Positions 19,007-28,408 are shown, counted from the first letter of the stretch. The stretch: DNA of 62,649 nucleotides from a virus (IMGVR_UViG_3300018083_000030:1-62649); one strand, 5' to 3'. A program made the numbers and translations. The notes: a model not told the origin generated them from the letters alone.

Positions 19007-19383
19007 CGCATGGCCTCCAACTCTACAACGTAGCCGGCGCAATCCTGTTCGCTGGCCTTGTCGTTATCCTCGAATGGCAGCACCCGGAGCCAATCGGCGA
19101 TGTGCCGACGATAGATCACCTCCGCGTCGCCCTCGACCTGATCGACCAGAAATCCGCCGCGCACCGTGCCGGCGACCTTGTCGACCAGCGTGACCGGATC
19201 GACCACCCGCCCGTTCGACAGGTTCGACACCTCGCACCACGACAGTTCGTCGGGCACGCCGTCGAGATCGCGGGTGTGCTGCAAGCGGAATCGGGCTGCG
19301 CCCTGCCCGCGAAATACTATGCGCGCCGCCTTGCCGGGGACCGGTTGCGGGGTGACGGTGCCGTGGTCATAGAGAACATTCAT
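19003..19383 (-). CDS. Hypothetical virion protein, possibly a distant decoration paralog
   Basis: Start MNVLYDHG; FRLQH...SW...WLRV layout resembles the two upstream proteins. Confidence 0.5.
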   Translation of the reverse strand: MNVLYDHGTVTPQPVPGKAARIVFRGQGAARFRLQHTRDLDGVPDELSWCEVSNLSNGRVVDPVTLVDKVAGTVRGGFLVDQVEGDAEVIYRRHIADWLRVLPFEDNDKASEQDCAGYVVELEAMR

Positions 19384-19388
19384 CCGAC

Positions 19389-20030
19389 TCACATGCCGCT
19401 GCGCCGCAGGCGCGTGACCACCGCGATCAAGTCGAGCGCCGTGGCACCCTGCGAGAAAATCCGAATGAATTGCTTCGGGCACGACACCGCGATGCTGCAT
19501 TGAGAGTGCGCCTTCAGCGGACGTTGCGCCGAAAACGTGATCGAGGCGTCGCCGACGTCCACCCAAGTGAGGTTGAACGTGGCCCCGGTGCCGCCGCCAG
19601 AACTCGACACCTGGGCCGCCGGATTCGCCGGGGCCGTGCCGGTGATGCTGCCCGGATTGGCAATCGTCACCCCGGTGACCGCGCCAGCGTTCACGGTTGC
19701 GACCGTGAGCACCACGCCGTTCGCCAGCGTGATGGTGTGGCCGACGGCATAGCTGGCACCGCCGGCAACGATGGCCGCCGCGTTGACCTGTTTAGTCGCG
19801 ACCGCCGGCATCGGCGAGCAGTCGGGCAGGATTTGCAGCGGTGCCCACGATCCGGGCACGCACGCATCGTTCGCCGACGCATCGGCACCCTGCACCGTGT
19901 AGGTGCCGGTCACGATATCGCCGGCCGTCTGGTTCGCCAGCACCAGCGCGTAGGCAATGCCCGGGCTTATGTCGGCGAACTTGGGCGACAACACATTGTA
20001 GGCCAGCACCGTGCCCGCTGCGGATACCAT
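19389..20030 (-). CDS. Putative capsid decoration protein paralog with an inserted beta domain
   Basis: Clear paralog of 20038-20439 (SAAGTVLAYNV.SPKFADI...KAHSQC..AV.CPKQF.R) plus a ~75-aa insertion. Confidence 0.65.
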   Translation of the reverse strand: MVSAAGTVLAYNVLSPKFADISPGIAYALVLANQTAGDIVTGTYTVQGADASANDACVPGSWAPLQILPDCSPMPAVATKQVNAAAIVAGGASYAVGHTITLANGVVLTVATVNAGAVTGVTIANPGSITGTAPANPAAQVSSSGGGTGATFNLTWVDVGDASITFSAQRPLKAHSQCSIAVSCPKQFIRIFSQGATALDLIAVVTRLRRSGM

Positions 20031-20037
20031 CGCGACC

Positions 20038-20439
20038 TCACATCCCGGTGCGCTTCAATCGCGTCACCACTGCCAGAATGTCGAGCGTGCCAGCGGTGCC
20101 GGCCACCCGCACGAATTGCTTGGGACACGCGACCGCGAATGCGCATTGCGAATGCGCCTTGATCGGGTTTTGCGCGTCCACGGTGATCACCGCATTCGGC
20201 GCACCCGTCCCCAGCGGCGGCGAGCATTCCGGCTCGACCTTCAGCGGTGCCCAGACATCCGGGGCACACGGGTCGTCGGCCTTGGCATCGGCACCCTCGA
20301 CGGTGAACGTGCCGGTCGTGACGTCGGCGGCGGTCTGATTCGACAGGATGATGGCATAGGCGTGGCCCACGCCAATGTCGGCGAACTTCGGCGAGGCGAC
20401 GTTGTACGCCAGCACCGTGCCGGCTGCGCTAATGGTCAT
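20038..20439 (-). CDS. Putative capsid decoration protein
   Basis: Directly after the major capsid gene; beta-rich, 133 aa. Confidence 0.65.
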   Translation of the reverse strand: MTISAAGTVLAYNVASPKFADIGVGHAYAIILSNQTAADVTTGTFTVEGADAKADDPCAPDVWAPLKVEPECSPPLGTGAPNAVITVDAQNPIKAHSQCAFAVACPKQFVRVAGTAGTLDILAVVTRLKRTGM

Positions 20440-20470
20440 GGGTTAGCCTCCTGTTTCGAGTGTGCGCCGA

Positions 20471-21814
20471 TTAGCCGATCCGCATAAGGCGAGCGGCGTT
20501 CGGGCAGATCGGTGCACCGCCGATTCGTGCTTCGAACTTGAACAGCACGCAGAAGCCCGCCGAATAGGGATCCTGTTGCATGGTGACCGCCTTGCGGTTG
20601 ACCACCATATAAGCCTGTTGCCAGTTGCCGTATGCGACCGGCGTTGCGCCAGCGACCACGTCGGGCATCTGATTGGCGATCACGACCGGCGAGCCGGCGA
20701 CGATGTATTGCCCGGCGACCAGCGGCGAGGCGATCATGATCGGCCGCCCCATGGCGTCCGACATGGTGAGCGTCAAGCCGAACGTGTTTTGATTCATCAG
20801 GTAGGCACCGCCCGGTCCCTGGAAATTCTGCGGGACGGTGTATTTCAGCAGCACCAGATCCTGCCACGTGAATTGCGCAGCTGGCGTGCCCGCGCCGGTG
20901 TCGCAGATCGGAATGCCGGAGCGCAGCAACCCCAGCGGCTTGCCGACGCCGTCACCCGATACGATGGCTTGCGAGATCTGATTGCGGTAAGCGCGATTGA
21001 CCTTCTGCAACAGCCACGACTCGATGTTGACGTTCGCGTCCTCCAGCAAGTCCCGCGACGTGCAGACGATATAGCGCAGCGACTCCGGCTTGATTTCGAC
21101 TTCGCCCAGCCCCTCGCCGATTTGCTGCGTCGGGTTGTTGGCGAAACACTGCGACTCGCAAGCCCACGCCGCCGTGTCCCAAATTTCGTTGTCGACCATG
21201 AATTTGACCGACGGCCCGCTGATCGTGATGTTCGCCATCAGCCCGGTAATGTCGGTGACGTCTTCGATGCACGATAGGATCGTGCTCGACATTTCCGGCG
21301 CGAGGAAGAAGCCGGTTGATCCCAGATTGAACGACGACAACGCCTTGCGCTGATCGTCGGGCAACTCGGAAATGTTCGTGCAGTGCATCAGGTTGCGCAT
21401 GGCCTTGATCGCGATGCCGGCCTCGGTCACCTGATCGTCGGTGTAAGAGAACGGATGGTCGCCGCCGCGCTTCGTCACCCGCGCATAGTGCTTGGTTTCG
21501 AGCAAGGCAACGGCCTGTTCTTTCATCGTGTCTTTTTCATCGCCGCCGCCGGGGCGCTGAACTTTTTTCGACAGCGAGTTGATGGCCTCTTGCAAGCCTT
21601 GCAGCTGGGCCACGTGCTCGGCCGCCTCCTTCACGATGCGGTCAAGCTTGGCCTCGGTTTCGGTGTGCGTCTTCGACCCGTTGGCAATATCTTTTTTCAA
21701 TTCTTCGAACGTCGAAGCACGCGCGGCGTCGGCCGTTGCCAGCGCCTCGCTTTGCTTTTTCACCTCGGCCTGCACGTCCTTCAACAACGTCTGTACGGTT
21801 TCCTCGATGGTCAT
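20471..21814 (-). CDS. Major capsid protein, HK97 family
   Basis: N-terminal coiled-coil delta domain; GFFLAPE, SRDLLEDA, GDGVGKPLGLL, DPYSAGF..FK..ARIGG. Confidence 0.95.
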   Translation of the reverse strand: MTIEETVQTLLKDVQAEVKKQSEALATADAARASTFEELKKDIANGSKTHTETEAKLDRIVKEAAEHVAQLQGLQEAINSLSKKVQRPGGGDEKDTMKEQAVALLETKHYARVTKRGGDHPFSYTDDQVTEAGIAIKAMRNLMHCTNISELPDDQRKALSSFNLGSTGFFLAPEMSSTILSCIEDVTDITGLMANITISGPSVKFMVDNEIWDTAAWACESQCFANNPTQQIGEGLGEVEIKPESLRYIVCTSRDLLEDANVNIESWLLQKVNRAYRNQISQAIVSGDGVGKPLGLLRSGIPICDTGAGTPAAQFTWQDLVLLKYTVPQNFQGPGGAYLMNQNTFGLTLTMSDAMGRPIMIASPLVAGQYIVAGSPVVIANQMPDVVAGATPVAYGNWQQAYMVVNRKAVTMQQDPYSAGFCVLFKFEARIGGAPICPNAARLMRIG

Positions 21815-22509
21815 GGGACGCGCCTTTCTTTGACGTCGTGCAGGAGTGCCTTTAGCGCGGCGGCCAAGGCGGTGAGTCGTTCATCGTCGGAGTCCCTGCC
21901 GTCCGATGCCTTGAATCCATCTATCTCGGTTATATCGATTCGGCGGTGATCGCCGAATCCCTTGCGCAATACACTCTCGACGTCGCCGTCGGTCCAGCCG
22001 TTGTCGTGCAGCCAGTCCCGCGTTTGCTCGCGGGATAGACTCTTGACCGCACTCACCGTCGCACCCGGATTCGCCGGCAGCGATACGATGCTGCATTCGA
22101 TCAACGATGCGCGTTTGATGGTGCGGACCTGTTTGCTGTCGTCCCAGCTGGCCCCGCCCGGTTCGATCATGAAGCCTACGGAAAGCCCGTCAAGGAAACC
22201 CTGTTTCATCAGGGCGTGAGTCTCGCGGCCCTTGTCGGTCAAAAGCGAAATCGCGCCTTCGACCTTCAGATACTTGCCGTCCTGTTCGAATTTTTGCCAG
22301 CCGCCGATCAAGTGCTCGCGGTTGTGGTCGCGAAACATCTTGACCTTTTTCGGCGTGATGCTGCCGAACGCGCCGGCTTCGATAATGTCGCGAGCGCGAT
22401 CACGCTCGGCTGTTGATGCGATTCCGGTGAACGATGCACGGTCGGCACCGTCGGCAATGGCTTTCGTTTCGAAGCCAGCTTCGGACCACGAGAGATCGTG
22501 AATCAACAT
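21811..22509 (-). CDS. Prohead protease, HK97 family
   Basis: DRARDIIEAGAF...DH...LDGLSVGF...LIECSIVSLPANPGATV. Confidence 0.95.
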   Translation of the reverse strand: MLIHDLSWSEAGFETKAIADGADRASFTGIASTAERDRARDIIEAGAFGSITPKKVKMFRDHNREHLIGGWQKFEQDGKYLKVEGAISLLTDKGRETHALMKQGFLDGLSVGFMIEPGGASWDDSKQVRTIKRASLIECSIVSLPANPGATVSAVKSLSREQTRDWLHDNGWTDGDVESVLRKGFGDHRRIDITEIDGFKASDGRDSDDERLTALAAALKALLHDVKERRVP

Positions 22510-22612
22510 GATTGCCCCGCGCTTCGCTGGCGCGGACGGCACCGCAGCCCAGCGCCACAGCGGGGGACACTATGCCAAAAGCCGGAAGGGCGCAAATACT
22601 TACCGGAGACTG

Positions 22613-24151
22613 TTAAAGGCGGCCGGCAGGAGAGTGCCGCAACCGCGCAATCATCCGGTCAGCCTGTCGGATGAATGGCCCCAGTCCAGCCGCGTCCGAT
22701 TGCAGCAAGCCTTCGCGATATTCGATCCACTCTTCGACCGGGGCCTCGGGTGACGGCGGATCGATGAATGCCAGCGGCGGCTCGCGCACCGCCTTAGTGG
22801 TGAACGATTTGCGATACGTGCTGATCCGCTTCGTCATGTCATCCACGATGCGTTCGAACCGCAATGGATCCCGCAACACTGCGGCCTCGAGATCCGGTGC
22901 AAGCTCGGCTGTATAATCGACCAGCCCCGCCCGCTTCACCGCCGTCACCGCTGCATGGGTTTGCACACGGTACGCCATGCTTCCCGTCAAGTCTTGCAGC
23001 TGGTCGAGCCCCCGCCCGTAGAGCACCTTTAACGCTTGGCCGGCATTCGGGTGCGCGCTGGTCGCAAGATAGCGACTGCCAAGCGCACCGTGCGCATAGA
23101 GTCGCCGCAAGCCGTGATATGCGCCCAGCACCGAAAGATCCTGTCCAGAAAACGATCCGTCGCCCGGGTGATTGTGGTGCACCTCGATCTGTCGGAATTC
23201 ATCTCGGATCGCCGCCGACAATGCCGGCGTGAAATTCACTTCGCCTTTGGATCCGCTGTTCGCGTCGGCCATCAGCTGGCCGGTCTGGTAATCGATCCAA
23301 CGCAAATGTTCGCGCCCGGTGGCGCGGCCCTGGTCCCGCACATAGCGTTCGGCCTCGGTCGCCGCCGCTTGCCGGCGCATGTCCAGATTGCCGACCGGCA
23401 CCACGTCGGGCGGCGGTTCCGGCTCGGTTGCCGGCCGCGCCCCCTCGCTGTGGTACAGAATCGAACACCGGCAATTGACTATCTCTTCGGCCCCCGCGCC
23501 CAGACTGGCATCGCCTGGGCGCATCATTTGCGCACCGCCGACGGAGAACGGTTCATCGAATGGCACGGTCGTGCCGCCGACCGCAACGTGCGACGGCCGC
23601 GTGCGGTTGTCGTTGATCGCGACCCACGTTTTTGATCCGACCTTGATGTTCTTGTATTTCAGCGCCGCTTCGACGCCGGCCATGGCCGCATTGTGCGTTT
23701 CGGTGCGCGCGATCACCATCGCCCGCTTTTTGCCAAGCTCGGGCGCGCGCTTGGCAATCTCGGCCGCGATCCGCTTGGTGCTCTTGCCCTGCCGCACCAT
23801 GTCGATGATCAACCCGGCGACCATGTCGGCCAGCGTGGTCGAGATGTTGGTGATCTTGGCCCCGGCGTTGATCGTGAGCCACGCCACTTGCTCGCCCATG
23901 AACCGGGTTAGTGCCTTTTCCTCGACCTGGGCGGTGATGGCGCGGTATTGGTCGCGATAGATGTGACGATAAAACAACGCCAGCAATGGCCGGCCGCGCT
24001 TGTTCACGTAGTCGATGGCGCGCGCGTGATTGCGATTCGCCTGTAGCCGAATGCCGGCAATCAATATCGGTGCGAGCCGCACATGGAGTCGCTGTTCCAT
24101 CACGTCGAGATAACGCTGGAACGCCCGATCATTGGCGACGTCTAGCAACAT
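22613..24151 (-). CDS. MuF/SPP1 gp7-like minor head protein with C-terminal JAB/JAMM-like extension
   Basis: Start MLLDVAND (ATG 24151). MuF motifs IARTETH, KTW..D.RTRPSH, PGD, E.VNCRC; then REH...HHNHPGDGSFSGQD. Confidence 0.85.
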   Translation of the reverse strand: MLLDVANDRAFQRYLDVMEQRLHVRLAPILIAGIRLQANRNHARAIDYVNKRGRPLLALFYRHIYRDQYRAITAQVEEKALTRFMGEQVAWLTINAGAKITNISTTLADMVAGLIIDMVRQGKSTKRIAAEIAKRAPELGKKRAMVIARTETHNAAMAGVEAALKYKNIKVGSKTWVAINDNRTRPSHVAVGGTTVPFDEPFSVGGAQMMRPGDASLGAGAEEIVNCRCSILYHSEGARPATEPEPPPDVVPVGNLDMRRQAAATEAERYVRDQGRATGREHLRWIDYQTGQLMADANSGSKGEVNFTPALSAAIRDEFRQIEVHHNHPGDGSFSGQDLSVLGAYHGLRRLYAHGALGSRYLATSAHPNAGQALKVLYGRGLDQLQDLTGSMAYRVQTHAAVTAVKRAGLVDYTAELAPDLEAAVLRDPLRFERIVDDMTKRISTYRKSFTTKAVREPPLAFIDPPSPEAPVEEWIEYREGLLQSDAAGLGPFIRQADRMIARLRHSPAGRL

Positions 24152-24158
24152 TGGCGAT

Positions 24159-24767
24159 TCACTCTGCCGCCTCGCCGAACTTGTCGAGTTCGTTCCCCCA
24201 GCTGTCCCAGCCCGACCGCCGGCGGCGGGCGAACAACTCGCAATAGGGTCCGGCCACCAGCCGCTCGATCCGACCGTGCACGCAATCCGGCTTGCGGCTG
24301 TGCTGCCGCCTCGGTTCGATGATGGCTTGCCGCACACCGGCGTCGATCCGCTTGGGGTTGCCGCGCGTCGCCAGCAAGCACGGCTCGGTGTTGGCGCGCG
24401 TCCAGTAGCCCATTCCGACTTGCACGTCGGTGTCGTCGCGGAACATTTCGAGTTGCCCGGCGTGCGCCTTCGTCCACACGAAGCCCGCCGTTTTGAATTC
24501 AAAGCCCCACATGTCAATCAACGCCAGCGCGTCGTGCAGATTGGGCCAGCACGCCCACAGGAACAGCACGCAATCGTCGGCGGCCAGCTGGCCCACCGGC
24601 AGCGCGGCCAGCGCGGCGGTGTCCATGGTCCCATAATGCCGCTCGACCGCCCGCGAGGTGTTGGCGTCGGTGCGCTCCCACCATGGACGTTTCGACCAGT
24701 TGTAGAATTTCCACGGCGGGTCGGCGAGGATGGCCCGGTAATGCCCGGGCGTGAGGCCGTCGAACAT
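24159..24767 (-). CDS. MT-A70 family N6-adenine methyltransferase
   Basis: ILADPPW, VLFLW, WGF..KT..FVWTK, GMGYWTRANTE, HSRKP, ELFAR...W..WGNE. Confidence 0.95.
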   Translation of the reverse strand: MFDGLTPGHYRAILADPPWKFYNWSKRPWWERTDANTSRAVERHYGTMDTAALAALPVGQLAADDCVLFLWACWPNLHDALALIDMWGFEFKTAGFVWTKAHAGQLEMFRDDTDVQVGMGYWTRANTEPCLLATRGNPKRIDAGVRQAIIEPRRQHSRKPDCVHGRIERLVAGPYCELFARRRRSGWDSWGNELDKFGEAAE

Positions 24768-24887
24768 TTCGCCCCCTTCCGCGTTGTAAGCCCGGGCCGG
24801 CGCTTTGACCGGGTTGTCGGTCCTGTCGTGGAGGGCATGCCCCCCCGCCTAACAGCGTCCCCCCCCGCTTCGCTAGGCGATTGCCCT

Positions 24888-26174
24888 TCACGGCGTTTCC
24901 ACATCACCCTCGCCGCTGACCTCGACGCCCACCTGTCCGGCCAGGATTTCGACCTGCATCCGCTTGCGATTCAAGTCCTCGGTCATGACCGGAACGTCGG
25001 ACGTCGGATCGTCGTCCGGCGGATATCCTAGCAGCGCCCGCTGTTCGTTGACCGATAGCATCGAAGCGTTGCGCGCGATATCCACAAGCTGCAACCGCGC
25101 CGCCGCCATCGCCGGAATGTGGGTGATATCCACCCGGATTTCGGCCGGGCTACCGTGCAGCAATGCGTGATTCAACGCCGCCACGTAGAGGTTGATATAG
25201 CCCGGCAACACCGTGTCGGTGAGAAACCCGACGCGCGCATTGGTCAAGTTGTTGTAGGTGTCCGTTCCCGGGATGCCGACCAGTTGTGTCGGCACGCCGA
25301 ACGTCATCACCACGTCACGGGCGAGCGAATCCTTGATCTCGACCGATAGCGCGCTGGATGGATCCTCCGACAACCGGGTCAGCATCCACTTGGCGTTCGC
25401 CGTCACCATGGTGCCGCCCGACTCCTTGCCGTTCAGCTTGAAGCGGTCGAGGCCGTCCTTGATATCCTGCACCGCCTTTTGCGCCATCTCTTGCTCGGTC
25501 GACAGCACCCCGGTGATGTTGGACGAATTCGAAACGATATCGGCGCAGCGTTGCAGAATCCGGGTGAACACCTCGGCCGGAGCCGCCGCGATAGCGGCCG
25601 GCGACTTGTCGCTTTGCCAGTTAAGTGCCGGGCGGTGAATGTAGATTAGCTCACACTCGCCGGTTTCCGGGTCGACCGGAAAATACTCGGTGCCCTGCGA
25701 GGTGATGCGCTTGAACCCGGCAATCACTTTAGAATGGTTCAAAAATTCGATGGTGATTTCGTTAGCGTTGATCGGCCACAGTTCCAGAATGACCGGGCTA
25801 TTCCCGTTGACGCCGCGCACCTGTTTCAAGAATGCCCGGCTGGCCACCGCCAGCGACGCCGCGATGAAGTATTGCAGCGCGGCCGACGTCCATTGCGGGT
25901 TCGGCCGCTCGATCACGTCGGCGACCCGCTGTTCGGTTGGCCCCAGCGCGCCCGACTCCGTGTGCACCTCGAGCGCCACCGACGACGACATTTGCGCAAT
26001 CATGTCGACGGATCGCCACAGGTAGATGTTGCGGACGTACTCTTTCAGCATCTCGACCGACATGCGGTCGAGCGACACCTGATTGTTGACGGTCGACGCC
26101 ACGCTACCGGATCCGTGCAACACCAGCGCCGCCGTCGCCGGTGGAGCCTCTTGCTTCGACCACCACCACGCCAT
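24888..26174 (-). CDS. Portal protein, HK97 family
   Basis: RDVVMTFGVPTQLVG...TYNN...F...TVLP...SVNEQRALLGYPP. Confidence 0.9.
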   Translation of the reverse strand: MAWWWSKQEAPPATAALVLHGSGSVASTVNNQVSLDRMSVEMLKEYVRNIYLWRSVDMIAQMSSSVALEVHTESGALGPTEQRVADVIERPNPQWTSAALQYFIAASLAVASRAFLKQVRGVNGNSPVILELWPINANEITIEFLNHSKVIAGFKRITSQGTEYFPVDPETGECELIYIHRPALNWQSDKSPAAIAAAPAEVFTRILQRCADIVSNSSNITGVLSTEQEMAQKAVQDIKDGLDRFKLNGKESGGTMVTANAKWMLTRLSEDPSSALSVEIKDSLARDVVMTFGVPTQLVGIPGTDTYNNLTNARVGFLTDTVLPGYINLYVAALNHALLHGSPAEIRVDITHIPAMAAARLQLVDIARNASMLSVNEQRALLGYPPDDDPTSDVPVMTEDLNRKRMQVEILAGQVGVEVSGEGDVETP

Positions 26175-26183
26175 GCCGGCCCC

Positions 26184-26402
26184 CTACGTTGTGCGCTTGT
26201 ACGGCGACGCCTTGACCACCTTGGCCGTGCTGCCGTTGCCGCCGCCGTATTTCTTGGCGACGTCGACGGGCGACATGCCGGCCAGCTTGTCCGCGTTGAT
26301 TGCCACCGCAGTGCGCACCGCCTGATAAGCGCCGCGCGGATTGAAGTGGCGCACCGCCGAAAAGAATTGCTGGCGGGCCTGCCCACATCCGGCACATGCC
26401 AT
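26184..26402 (-). CDS. Small protein with N-terminal CxxC
   Basis: MACAGCGQARQQFF; AGGAGG RBS upstream. Confidence 0.65.
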   Translation of the reverse strand: MACAGCGQARQQFFSAVRHFNPRGAYQAVRTAVAINADKLAGMSPVDVAKKYGGGNGSTAKVVKASPYKRTT

Positions 26403-26529
26403 TTTGGAATCCTCCTATCGGTTTGAAGCCGCCGGGGGCGCGGTCAGCAGCTTATGACCTCCCCCGCGCGACCCCTTGGCTGACGTGGGGACTCGCCCCC
26501 GCGTGGTGGCGACACGCCAGCGCAATGGT

Positions 26530-26610
26530 TTACGGCGTCGGCACCGGCGGCCATGGCGTCGGCAACCGGCACGGCACCACGTTTTTACAAGCCCAGCATT
26601 TGACGTGCAT
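26530..26610 (-). CDS. Putative 26-aa CxxC micro-protein
   Basis: TAGGAGTCCGTC-ATG directly after the terL stop; MHVKCWACKNVVPCRLPTPWPPVPTP*. Confidence 0.45.
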   Translation of the reverse strand: MHVKCWACKNVVPCRLPTPWPPVPTP

Positions 26611-26619
26611 GACGGACTC

Positions 26620-27951
26620 CTATGCGATGGGCACTTGGGTGACCACCTTCGACAACCGCGTGAGCGCCCAGACCGCAGCGTCGAGTCGATTGGGCGAGCC
26701 ATCGACGGCGCGATCCCACTCCCGACTGAATCCCAACATCTCGGCTTCCAGCTGGTCGAGGCCCCGGCGATGCTTCACCCGGCCTTTTTCATATAGCAGG
26801 GAAATCGGCTCGGCGCGCATGGCCTTGCCGCGCGACGCCGTCACCTCCCGCACCCGGATGATGGAGTCGGCCCGCTTCTGCGCCGCGTGCGCGCGCTCGG
26901 CCGCCTGCCGCACCACGTCCATCACCATATCGCCGCCGAAGTTGCGCTCGACCACGACGTCGTCAGCGTCGAATTCGTCGTGCGCCTTCACCACTTCGTC
27001 GCCCCACTTGCCGGGCGAGGCGTTCACCGTGCGGTCGGCCAGCACCGCGTAGGATCCATCGTTCAACAACGCCGCCACCACGATGCCGACGTCGTCGGCA
27101 CCGCCCGACGGGTCAACCCCGACCGTGACCTGTTCGATGACGTCCTCGGCGACGTCGTCGTGGCGCAGCCATTCATCTTTGAATAGCGCGTTCCCCGGAT
27201 CGAGAATCATTCCGCCCATGAGTTCCTGACGGCCCAGCCGGGTGCCTTCGTAAAGCTCGCGGATCTTGCGCAGGAATGCCGGCGACAGGTGCGCGGCGTT
27301 GTCGTAGGTCGACCCGGTCGTGATCGACACGCCGTCCATCGCGACCAGTTTTTTCATGAACGGAGTCGGGCGCGGCGTGGTGGCGATCAACACCCGGGGC
27401 TTGTCGCCCAGCCGCAGCCCCAGCATCATCATGTCGAAGACCTCTTGCTGGTAGCGCATGCGGCCCAGTTCATCGATCACCGCGAGTTCGCATTGCGGGC
27501 CGCGCAGCGAATCCGGTTCTTCGCCGGAGAACATGACCGCCATGGCACCGTTGGGCCATTCCAGCCGGCGCTTGGATTGCACCCAACGCGGCCGGCCGTC
27601 GCGTGGCGAGGTGGCCAGAATCCCGCTGGTGCCTTCAAGGTTGACGTCGTGGCAATCCGCCGTCGTCGGCGCGATGATGTGGATCCGTTTGATGCCGGCG
27701 CGCACCGCGATGTGAACCGCGCTCGACACCGAATGCGACTTGCCGGTGCCGCGACCGCCCAGGAACAGCCAACACCAGTCGAGATCCACCGGCGGCAGCT
27801 GCGCCGTGCGGGCGGCAAAGATCCAGTCCTCGGCCACGTCGTCGCCCAGCTGGCCGGCGAGCACCTTGCGCTGCGCGTCCGACAACGACGCCACCGCCGC
27901 ACGCGCGTCGTGCATGCGGCGAACTTCGTGCATGAACCGGTCAAGCGCCAT
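26620..27951 (-). CDS. terL: Terminase large subunit (Terminase_6/GTA-like)
   Basis: Q motif AQLPP, Walker A LGGRGTGKS, LRGPQ..AVIDE, ATTP, nuclease VGVDP and SPNRLDAAVWA. Confidence 0.95.
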   Translation of the reverse strand: MALDRFMHEVRRMHDARAAVASLSDAQRKVLAGQLGDDVAEDWIFAARTAQLPPVDLDWCWLFLGGRGTGKSHSVSSAVHIAVRAGIKRIHIIAPTTADCHDVNLEGTSGILATSPRDGRPRWVQSKRRLEWPNGAMAVMFSGEEPDSLRGPQCELAVIDELGRMRYQQEVFDMMMLGLRLGDKPRVLIATTPRPTPFMKKLVAMDGVSITTGSTYDNAAHLSPAFLRKIRELYEGTRLGRQELMGGMILDPGNALFKDEWLRHDDVAEDVIEQVTVGVDPSGGADDVGIVVAALLNDGSYAVLADRTVNASPGKWGDEVVKAHDEFDADDVVVERNFGGDMVMDVVRQAAERAHAAQKRADSIIRVREVTASRGKAMRAEPISLLYEKGRVKHRRGLDQLEAEMLGFSREWDRAVDGSPNRLDAAVWALTRLSKVVTQVPIA

Positions 27952-28408
27952 TGTTGCCGTCGTCCACAACCTCGCCCTCGATCACCGGGCCGTGCGCCAA
28001 GCGGTCGAGCGCCGCCATGATCTTGTCGGTTGTCGTGGCCGGCTCGGGCCGGCTGTCGTCGCTGATCCCGGCGCGTGGCTGTATGTCGATTCCCAGCATG
28101 CGGGCGCGCCGTTCCATCAACCGGATCACCAGCGCGCAAGCGTCATAGTCGCCTTCCCGCGCCTTGCCGAAATAGATTTGCGTCAGATCGTCCAGCCGCT
28201 CCAGTTCGATTTCGACCGTGCGTGCGCGCAGCGTCGGCGTCACCCCGCCGCACATCCGGGTCAAGCTGCCCTCGACCTCGCCGACCGTGCAATCGAGTTG
28301 GTGGGCAATCTGCCGAACCGGCACGCCGTTCAACCGCAGGCGGAACGCCTTGCGGTCGCGTTCGAACTTGGCGGCGGCATCTTCCCAATTGACAATCTCG
28401 GCGGTCAT
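27941..28408 (-). CDS. terS: Terminase small subunit (HTH)
   Basis: AFRLRLNG...QIA..L HTH, ELERLD, MERRARMLG; directly upstream of terL. Confidence 0.75.
   Translation of the reverse strand: MTAEIVNWEDAAAKFERDRKAFRLRLNGVPVRQIAHQLDCTVGEVEGSLTRMCGGVTPTLRARTVEIELERLDDLTQIYFGKAREGDYDACALVIRLMERRARMLGIDIQPRAGISDDSRPEPATTTDKIMAALDRLAHGPVIEGEVVDDGNNGA

Noticed and set aside
22613-24517. 634-aa version of the MuF ORF
   Set aside because: Its first ~120 codons overlap the MT-A70 gene out of frame; ATG 24151 fits better.
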